64,000 nucleotides of DNA from Balanoglossus misakiensis (taxonomy: Eukaryota > Animalia > Hemichordata). Positions 12,902-26,513 of this stretch are shown here, piece after piece (positions within the stretch are counted from its first letter, which is position 1; each line of letters begins with the position of its first letter). Below the pieces are notes generated by a model. The model was not told the origin of the DNA and did no database searches. It saw only the letters and a list, made by a program, of their open reading frames with translations. The stretch lies in contig CM082587.2 of NCBI GenBank assembly GCA_040954595.2, positions 10,359,403 to 10,423,402 of the forward strand, given 5' to 3'. The translations under genes and the position numbers were made by a program.

Positions 12902-14127
12902 TCATAGTTCCACCCTACGGTAATAAGCCACGCCCCCTTGGTTACTGTTGCTACGCCCCACAAGCTTCGAGCTTGTGGGACATTGACCTCCATAGCTCCA
13001 CAACGTGGATGGGGAAACTAGATTCATTCAGCGATAGTCTGCGCAACGTTCCTGGCGACATTTCTGTATGCTACCTACCAGACTTAAAAAACCTATCCAA
13101 GAAGTCACAGGAAAAGGGTTTAATGAGGTATAATTCTCCCGTATTTCGAACGAGTGTGCCTGAATCGCGGACGATAGCGGCCGTATCCCCCCGGGCCGCA
13201 GGCTATACTTGGTATGTCGAGTTTGCGACGCAGGTACACGAGTGAGGAATACGGGGGAATTATATATTTATCACATACATAGACCAAGTGTCCATGAAAG
13301 TGAGCTTCTTTGTGAATTTTAAACATTTCAGCGAAAAATAGCACTATTTTAAAAGGATCGACAGATCAAGTTACGCGGTCGGGATCCCGTGTCGGGGTCA
13401 CACGCAAACGGACATGAAACCACGATCAGCTGTTAGTAATAACGGGCCCCAAAGGTTAAGTTTATCGTGCTGTTTCTGAGTGAAATCAGACGAAATATGA
13501 GACACAAGAGGTATCACTTCATCTGACGATATTTTTGGTAGGTAAATATGGATGAAAACACTGATAACGCGGCAAATAGTCAGAAAACTACGTGAACGTT
13601 ATTGGATTGACAGCGCGCGGCCCCATTGTTTACAACGCCGGACATTTTATAACGGGTCGAACAACATTGACATGTCAAATGGAAATTGCAAGCAGCATAT
13701 GAATTTCAAAATTTTCAAACACTTTAGCAATAAAATCATTGCTGAATATTTATATTGAAGACGTGTCAGTTTAAAATCTAAACACAAACTTTTAATATCC
13801 ACCACCTGAGACACCTCTCTCTCTGCGTTTTTGGCTTCGGAAACGGAACAAAAAATATACTCGATGTTGGGTCAAGGTACCTTTCATCTGATTTAAACGT
13901 CCCCCAGGCGCATCTCTTCACTATTCTGGCCGATATTTTAAAACCATTAAGTTCCTAAAACTGAAAAAAAAACTTCCAGTCTGTCTATCTCTAACTGAGC
14001 GTGTACTGTAGGCTGGGCCATGTTGTTGATTATATGTGGGACAAAATGGCGGTTGCGTGAACAGCATGACTTTTCTCGGCTCTGATTGGCTGAGGGTTCA
14101 GTGTGATTGACAGCTGTGGAACCATGA
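12902..14127. mobile_element. Non-autonomous TIR element of uncertain superfamily inserted in gag
   Basis: TIR TCATAGTTCCAC / GTGGAACCATGA; 2-bp TSD AT (12900-12901, 14128-14129). Excision restores the gag frame. Confidence 0.75.
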
Positions 14128-15881
14128 ATTGCGTAAGTGGTCTGGAGAGTTACAGGACCAACATCTGCGTGTACCATCCTTCCGTTGAGTGGGTTCCTTC
14201 AGAACTGATTTATGTGATGGGTTCTTTAACATGGAGATTAGAGACTCTATCTGCTTCTGTTGTGTCGCTATTTGTTCTTCCTGTTTTCGGATCACATCAT
14301 GCACATCACTTTCAACTGAGACTTCACGGACGTTAGCATCTCGTCTTGGCTTCTGAGGTAAATTTCGTAGGCCCATCAGTTCAATGATACGGTCACGAGC
14401 ATCAAAAAAAGAAAGACTCGGGCTATCAGCATTAAGCCGTCGAAATTCCATCCGAACATTGTCATCACGTACAGCTTCAGCCAAACGGTTTTTCAGTTGA
14501 ACTTCTCCACCCGGTCTGAAGGATGAGTCTAGTTGTACCATATGGTCATACAAATTTACTAGTTCCAAAGAACATGTAACAATGTCTTCACCATCAGACT
14601 GTTTATATGCGAAGAAACGTTGTTGTAGCTGGGGTAGACTATCACCGTCACCAAACACATTTGCCAGCACTGAAAATATCTTCAAAGGATCAGATGTCAC
14701 AGCTTCCCCTCGTCCAAGTATTTCTCGACGTGCTTTTCCAGCAAGGTGTTCAACGATGAAAGCAGCTTGTTCAGCTCTAGTCACACAACGGGATGCTATC
14801 ACAGCTCTGGCATCTTCAATCCAGTCGTCAACAGTGAGGTCACCTTTACTTTCTGGTTTCCCTCTAAAGCGATCAAGTTTTCGGCTTGGAACCATATACA
14901 TCATTTTCCCAGTTTCACCAGCTTTATATTGTTGCTCTTCAATTAGACGCTTTATTTCTTTCTGAGATTCATCTGCATCAGCCTGTGCTGCTGCGGCTTC
15001 ATGTTCTTTCTGAGAGATAACCAACTTTAATTTTTCTATTTCAGTTTTCATTTCCTGAAGAGTTTCTGCAGAGGCCATTTTATTTGTAATACAGGGCAAC
15101 AGGGTATGTAAGCAATGTGACTCGGTAACCGGTAAGTATATATGTACAAGTATGTAACGCTAGCACGAAAGCGCAACTCAATATTTCAGCAGTAATACAT
15201 GTACCATGCAAATGTGTCAAACCCATTCAAGCTTCAAAACAAAATATGCATTCTTAATGATACAGATTCGTGTACATATAACCAATAATAGTACAAGACA
15301 TACACAACATCAAAATTATGAAGCATGTGCAGCTTTAACTATACAAAATACATTCAGGACAATCTAAGCAAGTACAACCTTAATATTTGAAGACATATAC
15401 AACATCAAAAGTACGTAAAAAAAATTTGTCACCAACAAATGCACTGATCACTGAAAAGTCAATCCATCATAGCTGCGAATACTACTTTTCATACAAATGT
15501 AAGACATTATCAAAAGAAATCTGTATGATCACTCTGATATTTCTGGACAGTGGAATTTCATTTCTTCGAGTTTCAAATCACAGCCATTGGAAGGCGATCC
15601 AAAAGCCCAAGGTGAACATGTTGCACTGACCCGAGTTATCAGGTCCCGTGAGGAGTACGGTGCCCAGAGTGCATACACATTCAGACCTTGGCGAATATTC
15701 GAAAAAGAAGACTTCTGACAAATTTGCCCTAATAATCCCACAATTATAACAGAGCTATGTATAATGGCAACAAAAGTTCATAACTGGATTTAATGTTCAG
15801 CACTTATCCTCTCAGTACAGTCAGGGTTAATGATGTCCACTCTGGAAATCTCGCTGAAGTCCTGCTGTGGAAGTCTTGCTG

Positions 15882-15901
15882 GAATCCTGCCGACTACGCC
15901 A
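15882..15901 (-). promoter_or_regulatory. Primer-binding site complementary to the tRNA-Ser 3' end
   Basis: Plus strand GAATCCTGCCGACTACGCCA equals the 3' end (with CCA) of eukaryotic tRNA-Ser(AGA-type), 3 nt from the 5' LTR. Confidence 0.88.
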
Positions 15902-15904
15902 AAA

Positions 15905-16505
15905 TGTAACACAGGAACATTGGACACGCACACCACGGTTAGAGTTCAATTCCAATGAGCACTTTTATTCCAGCTTCCGTATGCAGTCACACATTACAAT
16001 GGTTCAATTTGGATAATGATAGACCATAAGTGGTTTTGACAGGAGCGAGACTTGAATAGTAAACTGTAAGTGACTTGAAAACAAGTACCACAACCAAACA
16101 ACTACGCAACAACAAAGAACCTGCAAAGAAATAAAGATTGCAGTGTCAGTGTATTTCCCCATTACTCATGGTCAGACTAAGCGTCAGCGACTAAGACACA
16201 AGTAAATAAATACACAAAAATATTCAGGTAAATCAATGAAATTACAATACAGTTCTCAACATCAGGGAGATGCTAATATACTGATGAATTGTAAACATAA
16301 CGTCAACATGGCTTCATCATAGTATAAATCATGACATGTACTGATAATATATGCATTGTGCAGTACTATTTCAAGTATTCAGAATTACAGTAAATAACAG
16401 CAAATTAGACAAAACCAGGTAAGTCTGTTTAAAAGGTACAATTCACTCACCCTGACTAACAGGTAAGTAAAGCAATCAATGGGTAACCAACCAACAGTCC
16501 AAATC
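15905..16505 (-). repeat. 5' LTR, part 1 (left of the IS3EU insertion)
   Basis: Matches 4038-4639. Confidence 0.95.
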
Positions 16506-16895
16506 TATGGAGTGTAATTCATGCCAAAATTAGCACACAGCTTTTCGATGAGAGTATTCACTTTTCGATGAGAGTATTTGCGCTTTTCGATGAGAGTATT
16601 CACTTTTCCATCAGAGCACACAGCTTTTCGATCAGAGAACGAAGCTTTTCGATCAGAGTATTCACTTTTCCATCAGAGCACACAGCTTTCCGATCAGAGT
16701 ATTCGCTCTTTTCGATCAGAGTATTCACTTTTCCATCACTGCACACAGCTTTTCGATCAGAGTTACCACCCCCACTTTACGATGAGGGCGCCCGCTTATT
16801 GATAAGAGCACCTAGCTTTTCGATTAGAACACCCAGCTTTTCTATCAGAGCGCTAAAGCTTTTCGATGAGAACGCACAGCTTTTCGATTAGAGTA
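16506..16895 (+). repeat. Left TIR with tandem 18-21-bp CTTTTCGATCAGAG subrepeats
   Basis: About 18 units of CTTTTC(G/C)AT(C/G)AGAG..; reverse complement of the right end through AGTTACCACCCC (16772), then degenerate units. Confidence 0.9.
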
Positions 16896-16983
16896 TGTCA
16901 GGTCTACTGGGGGTGAGCTTAGGGGGTCTTATAGCGATCTCGAAACGGTGACCCGGAAGTTAAAGTTTTGAAACTTCGACAAT

Positions 16984-19290
16984 ATGGACGTCCAATTTGT
17001 TCGTGGCCATGTGATGTCAATTTTAAACAGTATAATCCATGAATTGGACAGTGAGCCTCAAGCAGAGAGAGTCGAAGACCTAGAACGAAGGTGCGAAAGT
17101 TTAGTGTGGTTGCTGGTTCAGGTGAATGCTGCGGGTTTGTGTAGTGGCCGAGTCGTTGAAGTTGTCAACTTAGCCAAGGGTGAACTACAACGGACGTTAT
17201 GTGTTGACGAGCACGAGTCTTACCAACCGGCTGTATTAACACCAGGTACTAGAGGACGACCGTCGTATTACATTCCTGAAGAGCAATTGAGGTTTTTAGT
17301 TGGTATGGGGTTCAGCGCTGGCAAGATTGCTAGTATGTTAGGTATTAGCGAACGCACTGTAAGACGCCGGCTCAGTTCTTACAGTATATCTGTTCGAGAT
17401 ACCTACAGTACGATAACCGACGATGAACTAGATGTGCATGTTCGTGATATTCTCAGCGATTTCCCCAATTGCGGGTACAGGAGAATGGGGGGATTTCTTC
17501 TGAATAAAAAATTACGAGTCCAGCAGAACAGAATTAGAAGTGCTGTACGCAGAGTTGACCTACGAGGAGTGCTGATGCGGGGCTTGGAAATACGCTTGAC
17601 CCCTCGCAGAACCTTCAACGTATCTTCGCCACTTGCTCTTTGGCACATTGATGGGAACCACAAACTCATCAGGTATGTTCTTTTCATGCATAGCGCATTG
17701 GTCAGCTTTTTTGTGTTTATCCTCTTACTGGCACAGTGATGAGAGTGAGACTTCAGGGTAATATTTGTGAGACTGTTTATAGTGTGACAAAACAATTTTT
17801 TTTTTTTTTTTAATTCATGTCTGTATAACTTAACTGTCCACTACAAAAAATATTTACATATGCTAATCTGACATACCAGCTTGGACTTGGTGTGCATTTT
17901 ATTGGAGGTTTTACTACAAAAAGTATGCTAACAAATGTGTCAATGATACAAATTTAAGCACTCCAGGTCGGATAACTACAAAACTCTTTTACTGTTGGGC
18001 AATCATAATTTCCTCAATTTTGGTAATAAAACAGCTTCAAATCTGCATACAATACAAGAGTTACAAACCTGCATTAATGTTTTCTTTAATATTTATTCCA
18101 ATCATTGCAATACTATATTTTATGGTTTATTTTTCATCTTTTTAGGTGGGGTTTAATAATTCATGGTGCAATTGATGGATACTCCAGGAAAATCATGTAC
18201 CTGCACTGTAGTGCTGACAACAAAGCCAACACTGTCCTGTCACTGTTTCAGCATGCAGTTGATTCACATGGTCTTCCTGCACGTGTCAGATCAGATAAAG
18301 GTATGGAAAATATAGAAGTGGCAAGGTTCATGTTGACTCATCCAGAAAGAGGGTACAATAGAGGAAGCCACATTGCAGGTAGCAGTGTGCACAATCAAAG
18401 GATTGAAAGACTTTGGAGGGACATGTACTCTGGTTGCATATTTGTGTTTTACGATATGCTATATTACATGGAGGATCAGATGATGTTGGACCCTACAAAT
18501 GAAGTGCATATGTTTTCTGTGCAGTTTGTTTACCTACCAAGAATAAATAGAGCATTGGAGTAATTTACAGGAGGATAGAATTGCCATGGTATAAGAACAG
18601 CTGGACATCAGACCCCAAATCAATTGTGGATCAGAGGTTTGCTGCAAATATCAAATTCTGCTAGAACTGTTGCCAGAGAAGTCTTCTCACCAACACTACA
18701 GGTAGAACTTTATATAAGTATCAGGGATGAGATAATCAATTAGCACCTCATCGGCTTGTTATTTTATAACCAGACATTTGCTGGTGCATTGGCTTCTGTA
18801 CGTAAACAAGAAACGTGTGGAGCTGCCCACTCCTTCCAAAAAGTGTTATTTATTTTTTTTTTGGGGGGGGGGGAATTTAGAATTTGGGTCAGTATTAGAC
18901 CTACTGATATATGTAAAAAGTTACATTTGGCAAAATCACAACTTTTGTGCAACTCCACATTAAAGGTGAAATTTGACTTTGGGGTTCCTTTGAATGAAAT
19001 ACAGCTGTGAAAATATTATTTGAAATGTAAAGAATGCTTTCTTGTGTTATGTCTTGTAGGATTTTGAATACTATGGTGTTGACTGGGATGGACCAATGCC
19101 ATCACCAATGCATGGATCATCAGCTGAACCTGAAGAGATTGTTGTCCCAAACATTTCTCTAAACCTGACAGAGGACCAATATGAACAACTGTGTACATTT
19201 GTAGACCCACTCTCTGAATCAGAAAATAATGGCATTGATTTGTATGTGCAGACTGTTGAAATAGTACAGACTTTTATGGAGAGTGAATGA
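16984..19290 (+). pseudogene. IS3EU transposase (HTH plus integrase-like DDE), 3 exons: 16984-17672, 18146-18701, 19060-19290
   Basis: GRP..KIASMLGISERTVRRR HTH; LWHIDGNHKLIR|[14 protein letters not shown]; VRSDKGMEN; [13 protein letters not shown]; YGVDWDGP. GT-AG introns keep the frame. Nonsense codons TAA 18561-18563 and TAG 18576-18578. Confidence 0.9.
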
Positions 19291-20121
19291 AGTACATAAC
19301 ATCTCAAATGTATTTGTAACAATATTGCATTCAAACATTCAGGTACAAATGACTTTATGAAAAATGCCATACATTTACTCGCATTACACATGTAGTACAT
19401 GTATATGAACTTGCCTGGACAATTCCAAATTTAGTGAATGTATACAATGTTTTCTTTTCTATGAATTACCACAAGTTGGAGTGGGTTTATAATGAAAATC
19501 TAACAGTTTCAGTCACTAGCTTGAATCTGTCGGGTTTCAATTGTAAGCCCATGCCAACTCCTGGTATTTTCCACCTATAACACGAATTTGCCTAGGGTGT
19601 TTTTGCACTTTAAGAATCTAGGTCGTAGGTCTAGTTACATCACGTCTGCATGTAATGGATTGTTAATAATAGTCAACATGTGAGTGGTAGTCAGCAGAAG
19701 TACCCCTGTGGAATAATAGAGGGTAGAGACCTGTGTTCAAACCCTAACATAAGTCAGAATAGAATCGAAATGGCGTAATATGTACAAAATTCACTCCCGA
19801 GACATACATGCCAGTTTGAAGTGAAAAAGTGTTTAAAAAGTGTCATTCTACTAAACAAAGCAGTTTCATACAAAATACACCATAAACCTAACCATAATAC
19901 AGTTCTTTTTAGAGCTTAATTTGTCATAAACACTGAAACATAAAAATTTAAGTTTGTGTTGTTAAACCTACGTAGCATTTACATTACTGGGCAGCAAAGT
20001 GACCCATTGTTTTTACTTCATTTTTGGAGGTCAAAACTACGAAGGAGTTTTTATTTGCAATTTCACATTGACATTTTTGTTTTTTTTTCAGTAATTTGTA
20101 GTCCTTACCCTAAACGCATAA

Positions 20122-20797
20122 GGCTGCATTCACAAACACCTCTGGAGGGGGGGAGAATTCAATTTTGTTTTACCGCTAATTTTCACATGCCCCCCGTACA
20201 CAACCCAAAATATTTTTCAAATCCCCCCCTTCCGAACTGCCAAAATTTTGAAATCCCCCCCCCCATTTTCTTTCACAGAGCAAAACACATCACCTATCTA
20301 TCTTGTAAAATAGAAAACAGTGCTCCCATGAAAAGAATTTGAAATCAGTGGTTATTAAAACTGAACATTGTTATTATTTTTTAAGCATTTGTATTGTGTG
20401 TTGGGAGACATTGTAAACCGAGAATTGAAGGGTGTGGGAGGGGGTGTCTCCCTCCCACGTAAGAAAATTTTATAAAATACAGAGCTCAAAGCTGCATTTT
20501 AATGAACCCGGCAAAAGCAAATTAACTCAACTAACCGGTATGTTGGGGAGGACAAATTTAACCGTCACCGCTCAAAGTTATCATGGGGTGGGGGCAAGTC
20601 CCCTGACCTGGGACACTAGATAAACCAGTCAATGATTGAAAGGTGTTGATGAATGGACTCCAAATAAATATTTAGTCGTGAAAGTTTTCAAGTCCCCCCC
20701 CCCTTTCAGTCCCTAAATTATTTCAAATCCCCCCCTTACATACCCTCAATTTTTTCAAATCCCCCCCCCCCCTCCAGAGGTGTTTGAGAATGCAGCC
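20122..20797. mobile_element. MITE with GG termini and TAA TSD (Zator/PIF-Harbinger-like)
   Basis: TIR GGCTGCATTC(A/T)CAAACACCTCTGGAGGGGGG; TAA at 20119-20121 and 20798-20800. Confidence 0.88.
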
Positions 20798-21660
20798 TAA
20801 TGAACCAGTTTACCAAACTTGATTTTAGCCCCATTGCAGGGCACAATCACATAAATATTGAGGCATGATGCCAACAAATCATGTATATGTATGTACATGG
20901 GTACTTAGTATTTCAAAACTGTTATATGACATGACAACAGAATTCTTTTCAAGTTTTTTATTGAACAATGAAACCTTTAAAAGTACATAAACAACAAATG
21001 CAAAAGTTTAGGGGCTATTTATCAAACACTACCAATTGAAAGACTAATTCTGAAATATCTGAACATGAAAACATGTCAGGGTTCCTTCCCCTACGAGGGC
21101 ACTGTTGGCGGGGGCTTGACTGTACAGCAACATGTGTGTAACAGCTTTCAGATGCAGGGCAGACCTGTTGATTGTAGTGATGCTATATTTTGATAGCAAT
21201 GACATGCTGAGGTTGAATTTTTCAATATCTCAGAGCTAAATGACATGACAGGAACTTGGACAAGACTTCAGGGCATGAATGTTCTATGTCTGCAGCCATA
21301 CTATTCGTAAATAAACAGTGCCTTCTGAGAGAAAGTTTCCTTTAAATTTTTGTTTCAGATATTTCAGAAATCAATTAATCCTTTGTATCTAGTAACAATG
21401 AGGACATTGATATCCTGATCTATTCAGATTTCCATGACACCTGTGTGAATACCAATATTTCTCTATAGAACTTATCCTATGTAGAACTAATTGCACTTTG
21501 TGTTACAAAATAATGTTAATACCTGTTGGTTTGAAACCTTTATTTCCAGATGAGTTACGAGTACCATGTTACTTAGATCCTGGATTAATATTAATATGTC
21601 ACCTGTACTGTACGTAAAGGCAGAGGAGTAATGTTAATATAGGAACTAAGTAACATCAAA

Positions 21661-23219
21661 ATAGAAATATAGCTGCAAGCAGCGATGACGGGCCCAAGCT
21701 TAAGCCGAAGGTCAAAGGTCATAAGCGGTCACCCGAAATTTTGGCAAGAAATTTTGACCCCATACTGGTCCGTGTCCCACAAGAACAAAATCTCTAGCCC
21801 TATTGGTTCGCCTACAATTAGGTATGCGCATAATTAATGAGATAAAGTGTAAGGCTCCATCAGGAGTTCCATCCCTCCAAATGCCAAGGCTGTATCTGCT
21901 GTGGATGCCGAGATATGGTAAATTAGGTCAAAGGTCACCTGAGGTCACCCAAAATTTGGGCAAAAAATTTTGACCCCATACTGGTCCATGTTCAGCATAA
22001 ATCAAACCTCTAGCCCTATTGGTTAGCCTGGAATTAGGTATGCACATAATTAATGAGATAAGCAGGTGTCACAGGTGACCCCAATTTTGGCTTTTCAATT
22101 TTAGTCCCAACCCTCCAAACGCCAAGTCTGTACCTGCTCTGGATGCGGAAATATAGGAAAGTAGGTCAAAGGTCACCTGAGGTCATCCAAAATTTAGGCA
22201 ATTTTTTTTAACCCCATTCTGGTCCATGTCCCACAAGCACGAAACCTCTAACCCTACTGGTTAGCCTGTAATTAGGTATGCACATAATTAATGAGATATG
22301 CAGGTGTCACAGGTGACCCCCATTTTGGCTTTTCAACTTTAGTCCCAACCCTCCAAACGCCAAGTCTGTACCTGCTGTGGATGCCGAGATATAGGAAAGT
22401 AGGTCAAAGGTCACCTGAGGTCACCCAAAATTTGGGCAAGAAATTTTGACCCTATACTGGTCCATGTCTCACAAGAACGAAACCTCTAGCCCTCTTAGTT
22501 AGCCCAGAATTAGGTATGCACATAATTAATGAGTTAAGCAGGTGTTACAGGTGAGACTAAACTTGTGCCTTTTATTTTGGTGCTATTGTGCTCACTGACC
22601 AATAGACAGTCACTGTACAGGACTATTGCACAGACCTGAATTCCACAATAAGACATAGACATAGCTTAACCATAGAGGTATAATTAAAGGTATAAATTTA
22701 ATAAAAAAATTAATATAAAAAAATCGGTCGATTTTTCATATTATTTTTTTTCGCTTAAAATTATTGACAAATGCTAGGCTAGCTGCACACCAAAGTTGGA
22801 GATGGTCGGCCTAACAGATTTTGAGATATGTATGCATATTTATCCAAAATACGATGTGGTCATAGCTTTACTATGTGAAGTATAGGCCGATGGCTTGGGC
22901 GAAAAAAATATGAAAAATAATACTTAAAAATCTTCTTCTCAAAATTGACATGGCCTATGGCCTTGACATTTGGCATGTAGAACCCTGGCCATATGGCCCA
23001 CAAAGTATCTTAACAGAATTCTGATATCTCCATTCATATGCAAATTAGGCCAAATTGAAAATTTTGCCCATATATGGTCATCAGGTCACATGACTAATTA
23101 CACATTCACAAGGGTACTGCACCAGCTCTCATAGCCCTGCACCATTGTGCCAAATGTGAGATTTGTAGGTTCAGCCGTTTTCAAGATCTAGCTGGACAAA
23201 AAAACGACACAAGAAGAAG

Positions 23220-23251
<32 letters not shown>

Positions 23252-23307
23252 GAAGAAAAACCCCAGTAATACCAATAGGGCCCAAGCCTGCTGGGCTTGG
23301 GCCCTAA
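21661..23307 (+). mobile_element. Helentron-associated non-autonomous element (HINE/DINE-like), complete copy
   Basis: Starts AAATATAGCTGCAAGCAGC..GGGCCCAAGC; internal about 240-bp tandem units; (GAA)n at 23211-23257; terminal palindrome GGGCCCAAGCC..GGCTTGGGCCC. Same 5' end as the autonomous element at 51167. Confidence 0.75.
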
Positions 23308-23432
23308 TTATCAGTTTAAGTACTTAGCACCTGTTTTTTGATAAGTAGCCTGTAAATACATTAGTACATTGAAAGTCAAATACAATTCTGCTGGATTCAA
23401 AGTTGTCCAGGCTGAAACGATGACAACAAACA

Positions 23433-25410
23433 GTCTTCGGACTGAGCGCGAAAAGTGGGCGTGTCCATTATCACTCATTAAGTATTCAAAAAGGCTGACT
23501 ACGCTGTCGAGTGTCCGGAAAATTACGGTCGGAAACAGAAATTACAAGTCACAGTGTCTCCAACACGAAAAAAATCCAGCGAGCTTAGCTTTTAACAAAG
23601 AACTGACATTAAGTTCCTTACTCGCTGTGACAAATCCAAAAACCGACGTGATTTTTTTACAAAAATTAACTCAGAAAAAACATCAACACTTGAATTTACC
23701 AGCCCCGCACTGCAAATTGCATGGCGATGCCTATGGAACTGACCAAAATTTGACAGATCGTGGTTGCTAAAATGGTGCTGGTGCAATATTTCAGCATATG
23801 CAGCAAGCTGCGAAACCTGCCGTTTCCCAGACGACTTTGTCTGAGCAATGAACCTCAATTGAATGACGAGAAACAACAATTTCTCAATGACTTTCAGTCT
23901 GCCGACTGATGACCCCAAAATGTTATGACCTTTTGAATACGCCAACCAGTGGGTGTCATTTAGTGCACGTGATATGCTAAATAGCGTTACTATTTCTATG
24001 GCGCCATGGTAACGTAAACAACATGCGTCAATCTCCCGCCAAGAAAGGCAAGGCTTCACGCTTTTGCTCAAAGTTTATTCGATACATCCAAGTTTGTTGT
24101 AAACAAATATCTGAATATTTATATATAAGATCATGTCAGTTATGAGTATATCTACCCACCCATTGATCAATGATGCTGTCATCAGGCTTGAACGTCATGA
24201 AAGGGGCGTTGATATCTCTGTGTCAGAGACTGACCCATGTGATTAGGGTACACACATGGGCTCTAGTGGGGTAATTCTGCATGTAATCGCGGTTCTTATG
24301 GAAGTCAGAGGAAGTAAATATGCGTGTTTGTTCCAGATGCGTCTCTTTTTTCGCTGTTGGAGTCTTATTTTGGCTGATTGCGGGATACATGACTGCAAGC
24401 ACTTCCCTTGAAATTGGTATTAAATTCACAAAACCGTTGAAAAACGACATGGTGCATGCATCCACGCGAGGTATCTGTGTTCGATCGGTGTGATTACGAA
24501 ATAACAACATGTATCGTAAGTATTTTGGGCACTGCGGACGGTCGTACCTGATAAATTATTGATTGAAGGCCCACAAACATTCATAACCAAAATATCGACA
24601 AACTACGTTTTACGCCTCACTTCGAGTGGCTGCATATTTTTTTAGAGGCTTAGCACTAGCTAAAATAGGTTCGTATGATAAGAATAAAGTATCTATGACC
24701 CCAGAAATTCGAGTTTGAATAGTTTTCACTCTTTGGATGAAAAGGCACAAAAAATCAAACAAATCACTGCATTTTCACCCAAAAACAGTGTGTGCCAGGA
24801 AGACCCTGTCAGAAAGTGTGGAATTTACGGGTAAGATGTTCTGGACGAAAAAATGAGCATAAGAGGTGATGAGTGATTAAAATAAACACTCTGTATGACA
24901 TTTGCGTCTGGATTTTTTTTACTACGACACGGCAAAATCACGGTATTTTGCTACAAAATCGCCAATTTAACAACAACAATTGGAGACGTCCCACAGTCTC
25001 TATTCAGTCGTTGATCATGATATACGATAGTTTCCAACAAAGTTCTAATGAAATAGAGTATATACCACGTTTTTTCTCGTCCATTGAAGCTTTGGATGAA
25101 AAGGCACAAAAAATCAAAGTTGGTATATGCCTCTGAAGGCTAAAATAGAAGGGGTCAAAGGTAACTCTTTTATTTTTATTTTTCGCAAATCTACCGAATT
25201 CATCTTTGATTCTCTTATTGCTTTATTTCAATAATTTTCACAAAGATAACGAAATCTGTCAAGTACTCTCAAAACATGGAAAAAAATTGGATTGAAATCT
25301 CTCCACGTACGCTGGGTTCTTGGCCGCCATAACAGAGGTCAATGAGTGCTGAAATTTCCCAGCATGCTTTGCGGTGTTTTGATAATGGGAATCGCGCTCA
25401 GTCCGAAGAC
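23433..25410. mobile_element. Non-autonomous TIR element (second copy at 27993-29970)
   Basis: 19-bp TIR GTCTTCGGACTGAGCGCGA / TCGCGCTCAGTCCGAAGAC; no clear TSD. Confidence 0.6.
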
Positions 25411-26402
25411 ATTTTGCAACAAGTAAATGTATAATATTAATGTAATAAATTTACATTGTGCTTCAAACTCCCATCATATATAGAAACTGTCCACATGATG
25501 AGTTTAGGTATTTAGTCTATCTAAAGATGCATCTCCTGAAAGAGCATTTATTGATGTATTTCCAACCAATTTTTCCAGTATACAGAAGTATACATGTTTA
25601 CAGTTTGGCTAACACTATAAGCAGTGCTGTATTAGTAAGAAGATTTCTGAATACCTTTTGCACATGAACATTGTTCCCATCTTGAAAATGTGTTGCATAT
25701 GGGGTAGTAGTTCTGCTTACTTCATTGTTGCCGGTGTATTTCAATGGGAAGCCTGATTGCAACAATGATGTACCTCACCCTCCAACAGAGTCAATGTGCC
25801 CCAAAGTGTAACGCAATTTTCCAACACAGTGCAACACACACCTTGACAGGACCTATTTTGCATTCATGATGGCTAGGACTACTAAACATAATAATATAAT
25901 AATAACAGAAATTTTTTGAAAAAAGCTGAAAACTTTTGTTACATTATTGAAAGCAACTTTTGTAAGTGTTTTACCAATTTTGTATCCGCCTTTTTTGAAG
26001 CAGTTTCTTTTTTTGGTTCTAAATGACAAATGAGATTGAATATAACACAGCAGGCATCTAGCCATGTGCATGGATATAAAATACTAACGGGTAGCTGTAG
26101 CTGTTATCTGTAATCTCATTTCGTCACTCCATTCATAGGTACCGTAATTACCTACTTTTATTTTACAGAAGCACCGGCACATTGATACAAAAATGCCACG
26201 GTTTTGGGAATTTCTGGTAGAGACTGGATATGTTTTAGTGAATGCTTAATCTTGTCTTCCCACAAGCAGAATAAAAGCTGTGTAACGACTGTAAGAGCAT
26301 TTAATATGAAACGAATGCATGAAAAAAGGGCTCAAAGAAGATAAACTTTGCTCCTTCAAACCTGAATTCATGATGAAACAAGTCATCAATTGATGAGACA
26401 GT

Positions 26403-26513
26403 AAACACATGATGACTGACATATTCGGGCAACAGTGTATTTTGATGACCGAAGGCGTGTTTTCCCGAGGTCATCAAAAACTGTTGCCCGAATATGTCAG
26501 TCATCATGTGTTT
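26403..26513. repeat. Long hairpin / inverted repeat (second copy at 30963-31073)
   Basis: AAACACATGATGACTGACATATTCGGGCAACAGT..TTTTGATGACC paired with its reverse complement. Confidence 0.8.

Larger units (their letters stand above)
12819..15078 (-). pseudogene. gag: gag (PNMA-like capsid and CCHC zinc knuckle), interrupted
   Basis: ORF from ATG 15078. The knuckle CWSCNSPDHLRN|ACPRKK is restored after removing 12902-14127 and one AT; stop at 12821-12819. Confidence 0.9.

Noticed and set aside
15882-15901. Possible tRNA-Ser gene
   Set aside because: Only the 3' 20 nt including CCA are present, next to an LTR, so it is a PBS.
16568-16891. ORFs in the IS3EU TIRs (also 36974-37502) and a CRISPR-like appearance
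   Set aside because: These are stop-poor tandem subrepeats with no unique spacers and no cas genes, in a eukaryotic context; they form inverted termini.
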